From: Vitrella brassicaformis CCMP3155
Lineage: Eukaryota > Protista > Chromerida
Assembly (NCBI GenBank): GCA_001179505.1
Contig: CDMY01000507.1
Coordinates: 1-61,949 of the forward strand
Length of the DNA stretch: 61,949 nt
Direction of reading: 5' to 3'
Of the stretch, positions 12,436-24,880 are shown one piece after another. Made by a program: the position numbers and the translations under genes. The first letter of the stretch is position 1; every line of letters begins with the position of its first letter. Below the pieces are notes generated by a model. The model was given only the letters and a program-made list of their open reading frames with translations. It did not search any database and was not told the DNA's origin.

Positions 12436-12974
12436 TTCATCGACATGTATACAAGGGAGTTGCGCAGCCAAGTGTCGTCGACTCACACTCATGAATTGTC
12501 CCACACACGTCGGGGCACACACTCACCGCACACCACCGCCGGCAACACGACAGAGACACAGTCAGGCAGGGGTCACGCCCAGGTCATTTGTCTGTTCTGG
12601 ACCTCTCCCGCCAGCCGCAGCAAATCGCCTGACGCCGTCAGACTGATTTCAAAGACACGCACACACACACAAACACAGACAGACAGACAGACAGAGACAC
12701 AGACGTTGACCCATGTCGGCGGGCACGTTGACGGGTGCGTGCCCCCCTCCCCACGGCAGCTCACATTCTGTGTAGGGTCCCTCTGCCGACCAGGTCCTGA
12801 ATGTGGAATGTCACGCCGAGCTGCGACTGCTTCGAGGGCTTCTGCCGCACCTCAAGCTCCAACATCTCCTTGAACCGACACCTATAGACACACACACAGA
12901 TAATGACCACATTCATTCACTCGATCATGAGTGCATGTCCGTGTTTTGGTGGCTGCGTGTGTCGACACCTTCTG
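12436..12974 (-). pseudogene. Partial copy of the STK19-like gene (last two exons, introns and 3' flank only)
   Basis: Aligns with 16879-17371 and encodes CRFKEMLELEVRQKPSKQSQLGVTFHIQDLVGRGTLHR..SGDLLRLAGEVQNRQMTWA*. Similarity stops just past the donor site; the upstream sequence is unrelated. Confidence 0.85.
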
Positions 12975-13588
12975 ATCCCAGACGACGGGTTGCGGACATC
13001 GGCGCACCTGGATTCCACGACAAGAGGATCCGCTGGTCAGCTGAGGGAACTGGCAACCTCCCCAAGCTCTTAAGAAGCTCCTCGGCACGCCACTCATCAT
13101 GCCATCGCCCATTGTCTCGGCGCCAGCATTGGCATCCTTTTCTTGCGCGGAGCATCGAATCCATCGAATCTCGCGACTGCTGCCATGGCTGTTTGTGGTG
13201 TGTCATGGTGGTCATGGTCCTGCAAAGAACTCCACCGCCCGCGCCAGGCAACTCGCCGCGAGAAAGCTAGGGATCGCATGTGAGCTCGCCGTCGGGGAAC
13301 GGGTGCTGATACAGCTAATTAGGCGATGAGCTCTGGGAGGAGCCGCTGACCCACGCTCTCCGATAGAAACATCGGCTCATCCACTCCCCGATTGGTAAGC
13401 AGTGAAAAACGCGTGAACGAACGGGAAGCGCTTCCTTCAGTGTGTGTGTGTGTGTGGTGGCATGTGTGCAGCTATGATGCGTCGGCGGGCGATTTGAGCT
13501 CGACGGAGGGGCGGACCACCGTCATTACACAGGGTGCGCACACACACAGAGTGGCACGTGCATCTCCCCTTTGTCCTCCTCTTGTCAG

Positions 13589-16500
13589 GCGTGGTCGCGC
13601 GGCGCCATGAGATCAGCCTCATCGGATGCTGCTTCTCAGGCCTCGCCGGAGGTGAAATCAAGCCCAGCCCTCACTCGACCATTCATTCATTCGTTCATTT
13701 ATTCGTCTCATCAGTTGATGTACTGCCGTAGCCCTCGTTACCGGGAGGGCACTCGTGTGCTCATGGTGTCGGCCAAGCGGGAGAAGGGCAGACAGCAGTG
13801 GGTCAAGGCGGATGTGTATCGCATCAGGGAGACCAGTGGGGCGATGGGACTGCGGATGCGGGAAGTCGGCGGCCTCCATGAGGAGTTTTACATGGTGGTC
13901 ATTAAGGAGAGCAAGACATCACCACATGCCCAACAGGTGGGTGCTTCCACCACAACGACAAACGTATGGATGGGTCGAGCAACTCTCTGCGTGTGTACGT
14001 GTGTGTATGTGGGCTGGGCTGGGCTGTGTGTGCAGGAGTATGAGGGATTCCGGTGGGTTGGCAAGAAACCGGTGCATCAGGATCACGGCAGCACGGTACA
14101 CACAACCACACATCAGACACGAATACCACACCTCTCATGCCGCCTGATCTCCCTTTGTTGCTGTGCAGGAGTGCTATGAGGTGACGATACGCAGGAGCTG
14201 GAAGGCCAAGGAGAGCGACGGGCAGCAGATCTCTCTGTCCAAGGGCACCAGGGTGCGCATCCGCGAGCGCCACAGCTCGGGATGGACCCTGGGTCAGGTC
14301 GTCAAGCCAGACGACACTGTCGACGACGGACCTCAAGGATTCGGCTGGTTCCCCGACAAGCTCACCCACCTTCGCCCCACACCCGCCATGACGACGCCAG
14401 CAAACAAGAAACAACAGACACGGCAGGTAGAGCAGATGCACACAACACAACACAACACAACACAGCACAGCACAGGGCATGGTGTGATGTCACCCCCTCC
14501 TTTGCTTTTGTTTCTGTTTAGGTCCCTGATGAGTTCAGCGACGACCACCTAGCCTCCGTGTTCAGCTTCATGGCCCCTCGTGAGCTGTCGACACTCTTCT
14601 CACCCCGCTGCCCCATCCGCACTCCAACGCTTCACCAGCAGACCCACGTCACAATCGACTGCAGCACGGATGCCGACCACCGTTTCTGGAGCAAGACGAC
14701 CAGCAGAGGGGCATTCCAGCTGGGCAAGCTGCTCGTCACCCTGACAGCGGTCAGCATCGTGCAGTCGCGCGACGATAGGTGGTGGTGTCTGGACAAGCTG
14801 ATGGCTTTGGTGGAGGGGCACGCGGCGGGGCGTCAGCAGATGGCTGAGGGCAGTCTGGAGACCATCGTATTCACCACAGCCAGGAGACAGACTGCGCGCC
14901 GCCCGGCGCCCCTTCCATGCCTCCCGACCCCTCATTTCCTCCCCTCAACCCCGACACTCCCAGCCCTCAAGAGTGTCACAGGAGCCGCCAGAGAGCACCG
15001 TTTGCTGGCCGGTAGGGGTGGCTGATGGCTGCGCTCGAGACGGTCGAGCAGGAGGAGTGGGATGCAGATGTGCTGGGGCGATTCATCAGCTCCTCACGCT
15101 CGTTGAAGCACGTCGGGGGGGCTCGGAGGGACGAGGCGTGGGCGACGGCCTTTGAGCAGATGCATGCGGGGTCCCTGAGACAGCTGCAGAGCATCGGGGT
15201 GGTCAAGCTCAACAGCCATCTCGGGATCCAGCGGCTCCAGGTACCCATCACACACACTCACATGTTGGGCAGGCCCCATTGTGCACGGGTGGTACCTGTC
15301 ATGTCCTTTTGTTTGCTTTTAGGTTGCACTCACCTCGCGTGGCTGTGTGAAGTCCCTCAACAGACTCGAGGTTCAGATTCCAGGGGTCCTCTTCGACGGT
15401 GACATTGGCGACCTGCTGGCAATGGACACCCTGATCGACTCGTGCTGTGAGTCGCCCGACGTGGTGCGCACTCGGGGGAGGCTCTGCAGCTTCGAGCTGT
15501 CCCACTTCTACTCTGACGACTTCCCCGCTCACGCATCCCCCTTTTTCAAGACAGCCATCAAGACGGCGGCGTGCTGCGCAGACGAGGTGATCTACACGAT
15601 AGGCCCGAATGACTTCACCCACCCCATTGACACCCCCAGCGAGGCGGCCATCGAGATCGCATCGAGTCTCTCATTCGACAAGGTGGAGCTCGTGAGGGTC
15701 GACAATGCCATTTTCTTCGCCCTCCCTGCCGGCACCGGCTCGCCGGTCCCTGACATCATCAACCACCTGCCGCACTTCCCAAGGGCAAGAGTGCTGCATG
15801 TCAACGGCCGTCTGGGCGGCGCTGCGGGCCGGCTGCTGGCGCAGAAGATGCCCATGGAGGTGGTGAAGGTGGCGTTCGGCAGACATGTGATTGCAGAGGA
15901 CAGGAGGGGCGTGCTGGAGGCGCTGGGGGCGCGGAGGCAGATGGCCAAGGTCTGTGTGGGTGAAGATCCGTGGGGTGCGGTCGACCCCTTTGACGGCTGG
16001 GGGTCGAATAGCCTCCCAGCGATTCACGAGATGTTCTTATCAGGTATGCGGGAGTATGGTGAGTGCAGGAAGGTGCTTGTTGGTCCATTTTGTATGTGCA
16101 TCCGCTTTGTCTATGTGTCGTCATTCAGTGCCCAATGGGTTGGGGGATGCTGCTGCCGCCAACCTCATCCACGAAGGCCTGTCGACTCTGCTCAACGGTG
16201 GCATGCGGGGCCTGAGACGTGTGGAGGTGCGGGTGCGGCTGGGAGTGCATGACGCCCTTGGCGATGCCATTCAGCATGGCACGAGCATCGGCGACTTCAC
16301 CATCCAGCATCGGCGCAGTGGCAACTCGTGGCTCTTGACGGGTGAGATGGAATTTCACTTCAATATACGTGTGTGTGCGTGTGTGTGTGTTGTGTGTGTG
16401 GTCAGGCTGTCTGTCGAGTCACACACAAGACAACAAGACATCACCATGAAGAAGGTGTGCCTTCGCCATGGCTGGTGTGGTGGGGTTTCTGCTGACATCT

Positions 16501-16866
16501 GTCTGTGTTGTGCCACACATTGCGGCAACTGGCTTGGTTGAGTGTCTTCACTACACGCCCATCCATCCATCCATCCATCCATCCAAGCCCTCACACGTGC
16601 GTGTGCTGTACACAAAGAGTGGACGTATGGACGAGAGGGAGAGAGAGGATGCTCTGTGTGTTGATGATACGTGTGTGTGTGTTGGAACCTGCCCCCTGGT
16701 TTGCTCCCTCCCTCGTCAGACAGTCCTCACTCTCACTGCCAATAAAACCAGTGAGGAGACCCACATGCAGCGGGATCAGACACTCAGCTTGTGGGCTGCC
16801 CAATTCTTTTGGAGGGACGTCGCAGGCCAGCCACGGAGTGACCAAATGGACTGCTCGATGGACTGA
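13589..16866 (+). CDS. Multi-exon SH3 + F-box-like + LRR-like solenoid protein of a lineage-expanded family; probable frameshift at about 15018; true start not determined
   Basis: Exon 14170-14424 reads VTIRRSWKAKESDGQQISLSKGTRVRIRERHSSGWTLGQV...GWFP (SH3 pattern ending GW..G...GWFP). It splices in phase 0 to VPDEFSDDHLASVFSFMAPREL (F-box-like LPDE..IFSFL pattern). Leu-rich repeats follow (TLPALKSVTG, HLPHFPRARVLHV). Confidence 0.6.
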
Positions 16867-16968
16867 TGAAAAGACGCATTCATGGACGTATGTACAGCCA
16901 ATGTCACTCATGAATTGTCCACTCACACGTCCACTGGCAGCCACACGGCTGACACACTCAGTCAGGGG

Positions 16969-18128
16969 TCAGGCCCAGGTCATTTGTCTGTTCTGAACCT
17001 CTCCCGCCAGCCGCAGCAAATCGCCAGACGTCGTCGGACTGATCTCAAAGACACGCACACACACACAAACAGAGACAGACAGACAGACAGACAGACAGAG
17101 ACACAGACGTTGACCCATGTCGGCGGGCACGTTGACGGGTGCGTGCCCCCCTCCCCACGGCAGCTCACATTCTGTGTAGGGTCCCTCTGCCGACCAGGTC
17201 CTGAATGTGGAATGCCATGCCGAGCTGCGACTGCTTTAAGGGCTTCTGACGCACCTCAAGCTCCAATATCTCCTTGAACCGACATCTGCACGCCCAAACA
17301 GATGATGATCACATTCCCCCGTGAGTGCCCGTGCGTGTGATGTTGGTTGTCTGCGTGTGTCCACACCTTCTGAATCGTGTGAGCAGCTCATTTCGTCCCT
17401 TGGTCAGCCACCCTACGAACGCCCCCAACCTGGGCAGTGTCCACCCGTATTTGGTGCTGTCGACAGCCTTCAGGAAGCCCAGACGGAACAGCAAAGACAC
17501 GACCGCATCCACTTTGTCGCCGTGGGCATCACCCAGGAACTCCTCCAGGAGTGAGTGCATGTCGTCCTTGGCGATGTTGAAGTGACTGTGGAAGCGAAAT
17601 ACGCGCTCGTCCAGCCAGGTGGCCAACTGCTCAAATGACGCGGCATCGAGGGGCGGCGGGGGTGAGGACGCCAGCTGCCTGTAGGCCTGAAATTGACTCC
17701 TCATGGCCGCCAGCAGGTCTTGAGTAAAAACGACGGCCATGTCGCCCTCAGACAACGGCAGCCGGATCTGGCGCAGCTCGGCCCTTGACAGCATCACCTC
17801 AATCTCTGCGGAAACGACCTCAGACCACATCAGATGCAGAAATCCATATGTCCCCATCCCACGTCAGCCGCTCACCTCTGTCAGTCTGTGTCTTGTCGGC
17901 ATCTCCCATGGCGTACAGCTGGTGACGCAGCAGGACCGGCACACAGAAGCCGCACTGCTGAGGGAACTGCGCCCGCAGCACGAGCAGTGCTTGGAATGTG
18001 CGGCAGGGCGGCGAGATCTTGGGATGGATGGGCGGCAGGGATGAGGCGAGAGCAGCCGCTGACGCACCGTCATCGTTGATGCCGTCACATTGCTCACCCG
18101 AATCAGCTATCCAAACAAACCAGATCAT
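16969..18128 (-). CDS. STK19: STK19-like tandem winged-helix protein, at least 4 exons; start codon uncertain
   Basis: Spliced product: ...LRAQFPQQCGFCVPVLLRHQLYAMGDADKTQTDR/EIEVMLSRAELRQIRL...LLFRLGFLKAVDSTKYGWTLPRLGAFVGWLTKGRNELLTRFR/RCRFKEILEL...LGMAFHIQDLVGRG.../IPTTSGDLLRL. This follows the STK19 pattern as recalled (FP..PP.VL..Q.Y....T..DR; W....P..G.F......GR..L; LG..YH..DL.G; TTSG.LLRL). Confidence 0.8.
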
Positions 18129-18413
18129 CAGATCTTCCGTGGACCAGTTCTTTTCGTTTATTCGCTGCCCATCTTTCTATACCTGAAGCGCTCATCGTTC
18201 ACCTTTCCCTTCGCTGCACTTCCACATTCGTCGGCATGTGAGCTTCAAGCTCGCAATTTCAGCGATAATCATCCTTCCTCCGCACCACCACCAGCACCAC
18301 CAACAAGTAGCAGTGACAGCAGCAGCAGCGAAGGCAGCAGAAGGCAGCCACACCGCACCCCACCCCACTCCGACACACAGGACGCCTGAGGCGGACGTCA
18401 CGACGAGGGCGCC

Positions 18414-21400
18414 ATGGAGGACGAGGTGCGTGCAGAAGGCATGCAATGGACTGCACTCACCTTCGTTTCTTGACGATGAATGCGGATTGGTTTTCTCTCT
18501 TTGCCTGCAGGCCGCCAGCATGGCGGTGTTGGCGCACGTGCGGGAGGGCTGCAGCAGGGAGCGGCGGTACCTGCTGCAGCTCTCCACCTCACCCCGCCAC
18601 CACAACGGCCCTGCCACAGCTGTCAGAGTGCGCGCCGCCCCGCCCAGTACCCAAGCTGGCCCAGACCAGTGCGACGACTATCGCATACTCAGCGAGGGCG
18701 GCGCCACGGCCGCGGCGGGGCCGAACGATGAGGTGGGGGTGGTGGTGATTGCGCCGCTGCTCGAGGGGACGGGAGAGGAGATGCGGCGGGCGGCCAAGAT
18801 GAGGAGGGAGCTGGGGTCGGCGGAGGCGATGATGAGGGCAGACGACGCCGTCCAGCCCGACGATCGCCGCCTGGATGTCACCGGCTTCGACCGGTATGAC
18901 AAGCTGGCGCGGCTGACGCACCTCGAGGGCGGGCGGCTCGTCACCACCTATGCCTTCGTCGTAGGCGAGGAGCTCCTCAAGGGGGTGCGGAACGCCACAG
19001 GTACCTAGGCACACAGACAGAGCCCAGCCAGCCCACCACAATACATGCGAAAAGCAGGTTGTGTTAGGTTGATCCATGCCATGGATCCATGCGCTGGTGT
19101 CTGTCTGTGTGTGTGTGTGGGTATGATCTGATCCAGTTTGCGAGCAGCGGTATCGTGAGAAGCAGATGCGTATGCGTCGTGTGTTGTTCGACGCGTGGCG
19201 GAAGTGGGCAGCCGAGAGGTCTTCCGCCAGGGACCAGGGGGCCCGGGACATGTGCCGCCGACGCTCACACACCCTCGGCTCCTCAGCCCTCCTACAATGG
19301 CACACCTGGACACAATCCAGACGCCTGACGCGACACCGGCTGCGCCAGTGGGAGGAGACCTTGGCGGCCACACGCCTGCATGAGGGCCTGGTGAGGTGGC
19401 ACCACTACGCCATGCTGCGGCGGGCTGCGCGTCGTGTGTCTGAGGCGGTGGTCATGTCGGTGCGGGGACAACGGTTGCGGGACGCCATACACAAATGGGC
19501 ACAGTGGACCGGTGAGTGAGTGAGAGGGACTGAGGGAGGGAGGGAGGGAGGGAGGGGAAGGTAGGCTTACCTTCGTTCACATACATGTGTCGTCTTGTTT
19601 TGTGTCGTCTTGTCTGTCTGTCTATGGCATACAGTCCATCGCAGGGGCACCATGGACACGCGGGGCGAGCCGGGGGAGGTGGAGGGGGCCAGGGTGGTCG
19701 CCGGGCAGGTGACGGAGGAGCCACGGCAGGACCGTCAGCTGGAGCGGTCGGAGGGGCCCGTGATTAGGACGGGTGCGTTCGTTGCGGAGCGGCCCGACAT
19801 CGGCATGGGGAGGAAGGTGGAGCGACCCATAGAGGACCACCGCAGCAGCATCCAGTCCACACCCGGACCAGACGGATCATCCACCCAGACCGAGGCCGAC
19901 CGACACAAACGCGCTGGCCTTGGTGCAGGCGCCGCCATCTCGGCCCCCACAGCCCCGCGTGTGGAGCTCGATGACGCCCCCCTTCCCGGCCAGACCNNNN
20001 NNNNNNNNNNNNNNNNNNNNNNNNNNNNNNNNNNNNNNNNNNNNNNNNNNNNNNNNNNNNNNNNNNNNNNNNNNNNNNNNNNNNNNNNNNNNNNNNNNNN
20101 NNNNNNNNNNNNNNNNNNNNNNNNNNNNNNNNNNNNNNNNNNNNNNNNNNNNNNNNNNNNNNNNNNNNNNNNNNNNNNNNNNNNNNNNNNNNNNNNNNNN
20201 NNNNNNNNNNNNNNNNNNNNNNNNNNNNNNNNNNNNNNNNNNNNNNNNNNNNNNNNNNNNNNNNNNNNNNNNNNNNNNNNNNNNNNNNNNNNNNNNGAGG
20301 GGGGGAGGGGGAGGGGGAGGGGGACGACACGCCCCCCTCACCACCACTCAGGGCCCTCACTGACGTGCAGGCCTATCTGCGGCTGCATCTCGACGCGTTC
20401 ACGGCTTCCAACCGCTCACCGCCCTCACCCATTCCTGAGGGGGAAACCGCTGAACAACCGATGCAGACACAGATGCGGGCCAAGGGACGAGGCGCTGGGG
20501 GTGAGCTGTACACCTCTTCACGCGCCGAGACCGTCTACACCACACCGCGCAACGGCCCCATCGAGCCCAACAGCCCCCGGCAGCAGCAGCACCAGCAGCA
20601 GCAGCAGCAGCAGCCGACCAGGGCAAGAAGGAAGAGCCCATCGTTTGTGTCGCTGGAGGAGCAGGGCGAGCTGGAGCCGTCGGGTGAGCGCCGTTTGTGG
20701 GGCGCCGACCGGTCACCTGGCCCGTTGGTGGTGTCCATGGAGGCAGAGGAGGGCGACAAGGCCAACGGCGCCAAAGTCGTGTGGGAGGAGGAAGGTACGA
20801 GACCTACACACACACACACGTGGCATGGCGGAGGTCATTCTCATCTCTTGTCGCCTTCTCATGGCTGTCACACGTGTGTGTGTGCAGGTGGTCGTCGTGG
20901 GTTCGTGTCAGGCCGCGGAAGTGCCGTCTCCGCGCTGCAGATGCCGGGCCGCATGCCCCCTCCTACCATCTCGCAGCAGCCGACACCCGAAGGCCAGCCC
21001 CACTACGAGCGAGACCCTCAGCCGCCGCCCTATGTCCCCTTTCCAGCCACTGCACCATTCGGCCTGCAACCGGCGGCATCAGTGCAGACCTACCGCGCCC
21101 CCGGTGAGGGCCGGCAGGAGGCAGAGGTGGTCAATGGCGCGGCAGCGGCTGCGAAAGGCACCACGAGGCGCAAGAGGGACAAGGCCGCCAGGCAGGAGGG
21201 ACAGACGCGGGCGGCAGCCGCGGCCAGACAGGAGGCCCAGAAGGCCCGCGTGGTGCGGAATAAGCTGCGTGAGGAGCTGGCGGCATGGGAGGCGGCGCAG
21301 GGGCGGGGCGGGGCGACTGACCAGCGGGTGGGTATGACGCACAACGCAGCCGAGCGAGCTAGAATTCTCTATGGTGTCCATCCATGTGACAGTCACACAT

Positions 21401-21738
21401 GTGTGTGTTGTATGTGTGTGGTCTGTCAGCCCCCGCCACCATCTGCACCTCCACAGCCCCAGGCCGCACCACCACCACCACCACCAGCACCACAGCCACC
21501 CCTGTGTGCCCCACACCCGCCCGTGACACTGTACCAGCAGCTGCCATTCCCGCCGCCGCCGCCATACATAGCGTTCCCGCACATCATGCCAGCCCCCATC
21601 ATGCCCGCACACATGATGCCACCCCACCACCAGCGGCAGCCGTGGGTGGCCCTGCCTAAACGAGAATCCGACGAATTCGCGAGGCAGGGGGGGTATGCGG
21701 GGTGGGTGGGGCGGCTCTTTTCCTGCTGCCGCCGTTGA
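18414..21738 (+). CDS. Hypothetical multi-exon protein spanning a gap, with a Trp-periodic Sfi1-like segment and a Gln/Pro-rich C-terminus; may be more than one gene
   Basis: ATG GAG GAC GAG|gtgcgt first exon and a long exon at 18511-19000. Exon about 19136-19511 contains LFDAWRKW / LLQWHTW / LVRWHHY / IHKWAQW. The last exon ends GGYAGWVGRLFSCCRR*. Confidence 0.5.
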
Positions 21739-21899
21739 GGGCGGCGGGGGAGGGTTCTTTTGGCCCGCCGACAGATGGCGGGCGGGAGGGGGGGGGGCCT
21801 CTGTGCACGTCTCTGTGCATATGGTTGGTTTTGTGTCCTGACTTAGTTGGACTAAGTGGGGTGGGAGGGGGGCGACCTGGAGGCGGTACCTGCTGCGGC

Positions 21900-22345
21900 T
21901 GCGGCTGCTGCAGCTGCAGCTGTGCCACTGGAGGAAACCAAGATCGAACGACCCGCCACAGAAGAAGCGCCTCAGGTAACACTACAACACCAACACACCA
22001 ACAGACAAACAGACCACGTATGTACCATGCCATGTGTGTCTCCCATCTGGGGTCATTCTCTCACAGGAGGGTGCTGCGACCAAGGCCGAGGGGGTCAAGA
22101 ATGCCACACACGAGGGGGAGGGTGGCGTGGAGTTGCCGACTGAGGAGCAGAGCGAGATGCAGGTGCATGGGGTCATCGAACAGGCCCTAGAGGAGCTGGT
22201 GGAGCCCACCAAACACGAGGAGGAGGCCGCCCGAGAGGCCGCCATAGCCAGGAAGGCTACCACTGCCACCGGCGGGCAGGGCGGCGCTAGGATGCGCGAC
22301 AGGGCCGACGGCGACCGTCAGGCCGTCATGGTGGGTGTGCTGTAG
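21900..22345 (+). CDS. Acidic exons paralogous to 7030-7310 (EQSEMQVHGVIEQALEELVEP..HEEEAAREAAI)
   Basis: Near-identical peptide in ORFs 6873..7454 and 22034..22345. Confidence 0.45.
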
Positions 22346-22351
22346 ACGGTC

Positions 22352-22960
22352 ATGACCGTCGTCATCAAGGTGGCCGACACGATGCGCACAGAGGGGCCCA
22401 GCGGTGGTGGTCCCGGCCGCATGAGCAGCAGCGAGTTCCACACGACAGTGAACTTCGTCGCAGACCTGCTGGAGCGCTGCATGGGTGCGTGCGGCAGTCG
22501 TCCAATGCTGCACTCATGGTCCTCAAGGCCCTCATGACGACTCAGGAGGTCAAGGCCAACCAGCTGGAGCCTCTCTTCAACAGCGCTGTGATCAAGCATG
22601 CCCTCTACCGTCTCATCACCGAGTGCATCCGCAACTCACCGCCGTCCGACGAGAGTGAGGACGACCTCACGGCAGCATATGGCGGGGCCAGCCCCACCGA
22701 CGACAGCATGAACACACAGCTCTTGATGTACTGCCTCCCCCCTCTCGTCACAAGAACTCCTCAAGATCCCCCCACCCCCCCCTACCCCAGCGGCGCCCGA
22801 CAACACCGCCGGCACTTCTGGCGCCACACCCACACCACTCCCTGCGGCCCCGCAGGCCCCCGCTGCTGCAGCGGCAGCCATCCCGAGCCCGGCGGCTGAT
22901 AGGCGCCTCGACGACGGCAGCTGCCGAACCAGACGGGTGTGAAGGGGGCCGGGAGGCTTC
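22352..22960 (+). pseudogene. Coding-like fragment split between two frames (MTVVIKVAD...LLERCM / ALMVLKALMTTQEVKANQLEPLFNSAVIKHALYRLITECIRNS)
   Basis: Strong codon-like composition in two overlapping ORFs (22352..22537 and 22489..22899), with a frame change near 22485. Confidence 0.35.
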
Positions 22961-24679
22961 ATGTGGCTCCGTATGGGGAGGAGCAGCCGGAACATGGGCG
23001 GCTGGTCTGACCTGCAGGTGGGATCTGATCCATATCACGCTGCAGATGAAACACATGAGTGGTTCATCTGCCTTCTGTCGTGTGTCAATGTGTTTGTGTC
23101 AGGTCGATAGTGGCCGTGTGTGGTACTCGATGAGGGTACCTGCTTCGTCGTGACCGTCCCCTTTCTCGAGAGTCATCGATCGTCAGCGGCACTTGTGCAG
23201 CAGCTGGTCGCCGAGACAGTAAGCAGGACAGCGTCATCCCTCTCGTCGCTGCATGTGGTGAGCGAACGAACCCGGGAGCGCGAGTGACCGCTGAGTTTCC
23301 TTTTCATTCGGTGCCTTCGTTCATTCCCTTCAGATGGGTCGACCATATCTGGAGGACCGCCTGATCCCTGCAGGAGGAGCATCAGCAGCTCCGCCCTCCC
23401 CCGCCCCTCCCAGGCCTCACTCGCAGCCTCTCTGCCAACCACGCCGACACACCAGCCACCCACAAGCACAGCCACGGGCTTCTCCACACCGGCATATTCC
23501 AGCTGCTGGGCCTCAAGCGCCTCAGTGGCGCCGGCGGCTCCTTCATGGCCATGGACACAGGCAGCAGCAGCGGCTGCTGGACGCAAAGCCACAACTCTCC
23601 CGAGCGGCGTTCGAGGGCCATGTCAGGGATGGCATTTCCGGCCAGCGCGGTGCCCCCTCTCTCTGCCCCCGCCCGCAGCGCCCCCACCACGCCGCTCTTC
23701 CCGATGCCATCGATGGTCGACTCGCCCGACGGGCAGAGCGACGAGAGTGGGACAGGCAGACGCCTGGAGGTGTGTCCCTGTCTGTTCCAAGCACGGCGAC
23801 CAGCCTGCAGAGGGAGACAACAAGGGGGCCAAGGCCGTCACGCAGCTGTTTGCTTCATGTGCTCCATCGGCATCGACCACAGCTACTGCAGGGGCGGCGT
23901 CTCAGCCGACGAGTGGCGGTGATGCGAAGGACGCCCCTGCTGCCGCTGCAGGTCCGGCAGCCCCCGTGCAGCCCCGGCTGTCGTCCCCCAATTTGACTTC
24001 GACCTGGTGCACGATCTGGAGGACGGCGATCCGGACATACCATACTCACCAAATGGCTCAAGGTGACTGAAACAGAAGACACGACACACATGAAGACGAC
24101 ACACATGGTCCGGGAACGGTCGATGTAGGCACTCTCTCTCTCTGCCTCTGTGGTTCAGGCTTTGGAGGCCCGTGAGCTTCAAGTAGACAGACGATGTGGA
24201 GGAGAAGCTGATGCTGGTCAAGTGGCAGCGGGCTGTAACGTGTCGCGAGAGGTTCGGTTTCTCTCCAAGTCGCTGTTGAGGCTGCAGCGGCCCCACTGGC
24301 CCCTGCATATGTCGCCCTCCATGCCGTCCTTCCCGCCATCACTACTCGTGCGGAGCGCATCAGCGTCTGACGGCCATCGGAACGGATGCGGGATGGCCGG
24401 CGTGGCGTCGCCCTACACGAGCGACCAGCTGAGATACTTACGCGCGACATCAGCTCGGTGAGTGGCTGCACTGCACACGAGGGGAAATGGTGACTGTGAT
24501 ATGCACACTGGTTGTGTGGGTGATCTATGTGGCGTGCCTTTGCAGCGTCTCCGTGAGCGTGAGCACACGTGTGCTCAAGCGGCGAGAGGTCCCTGATGGC
24601 GTGGCAAGCAGCCTACGTGTAAGCCCAGAGGCGCATTCCGTTACGCACCTCAATCTCGAGACTGCCTTCCTGTCTGCCT

Positions 24680-24880
24680 GTCTGTCATGGGTTCGTGTCA
24701 GGCCACCGGAGTGCCGTCTCCGCGCTGCAGATGCCGGGCGGCATGCCCCCTCCCACCATCTCGCAGCAGCCGACACCCGAGGGCCAGCTCTACTACGAGC
24801 GAGACCCTCAGCCGCCGCCCCACTTCCCCTCCCCAGCCACTGCACCATTCGGCCTCCCACCGGCGGCATCAGTGCACACC
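24680..24880 (+). repeat. Dispersed direct copy of the exon at 20897-21085 (MPGxMPPPTISQQPTPEGQ..YERDPQPPP)
   Basis: ORF 24695..24964 and ORF 20365..21738 share this peptide and its DNA. Confidence 0.8.

Noticed and set aside
19595-21337. 580-aa ORF and other ORFs containing X runs
   Set aside because: Their length is an artefact of reading through N gaps.
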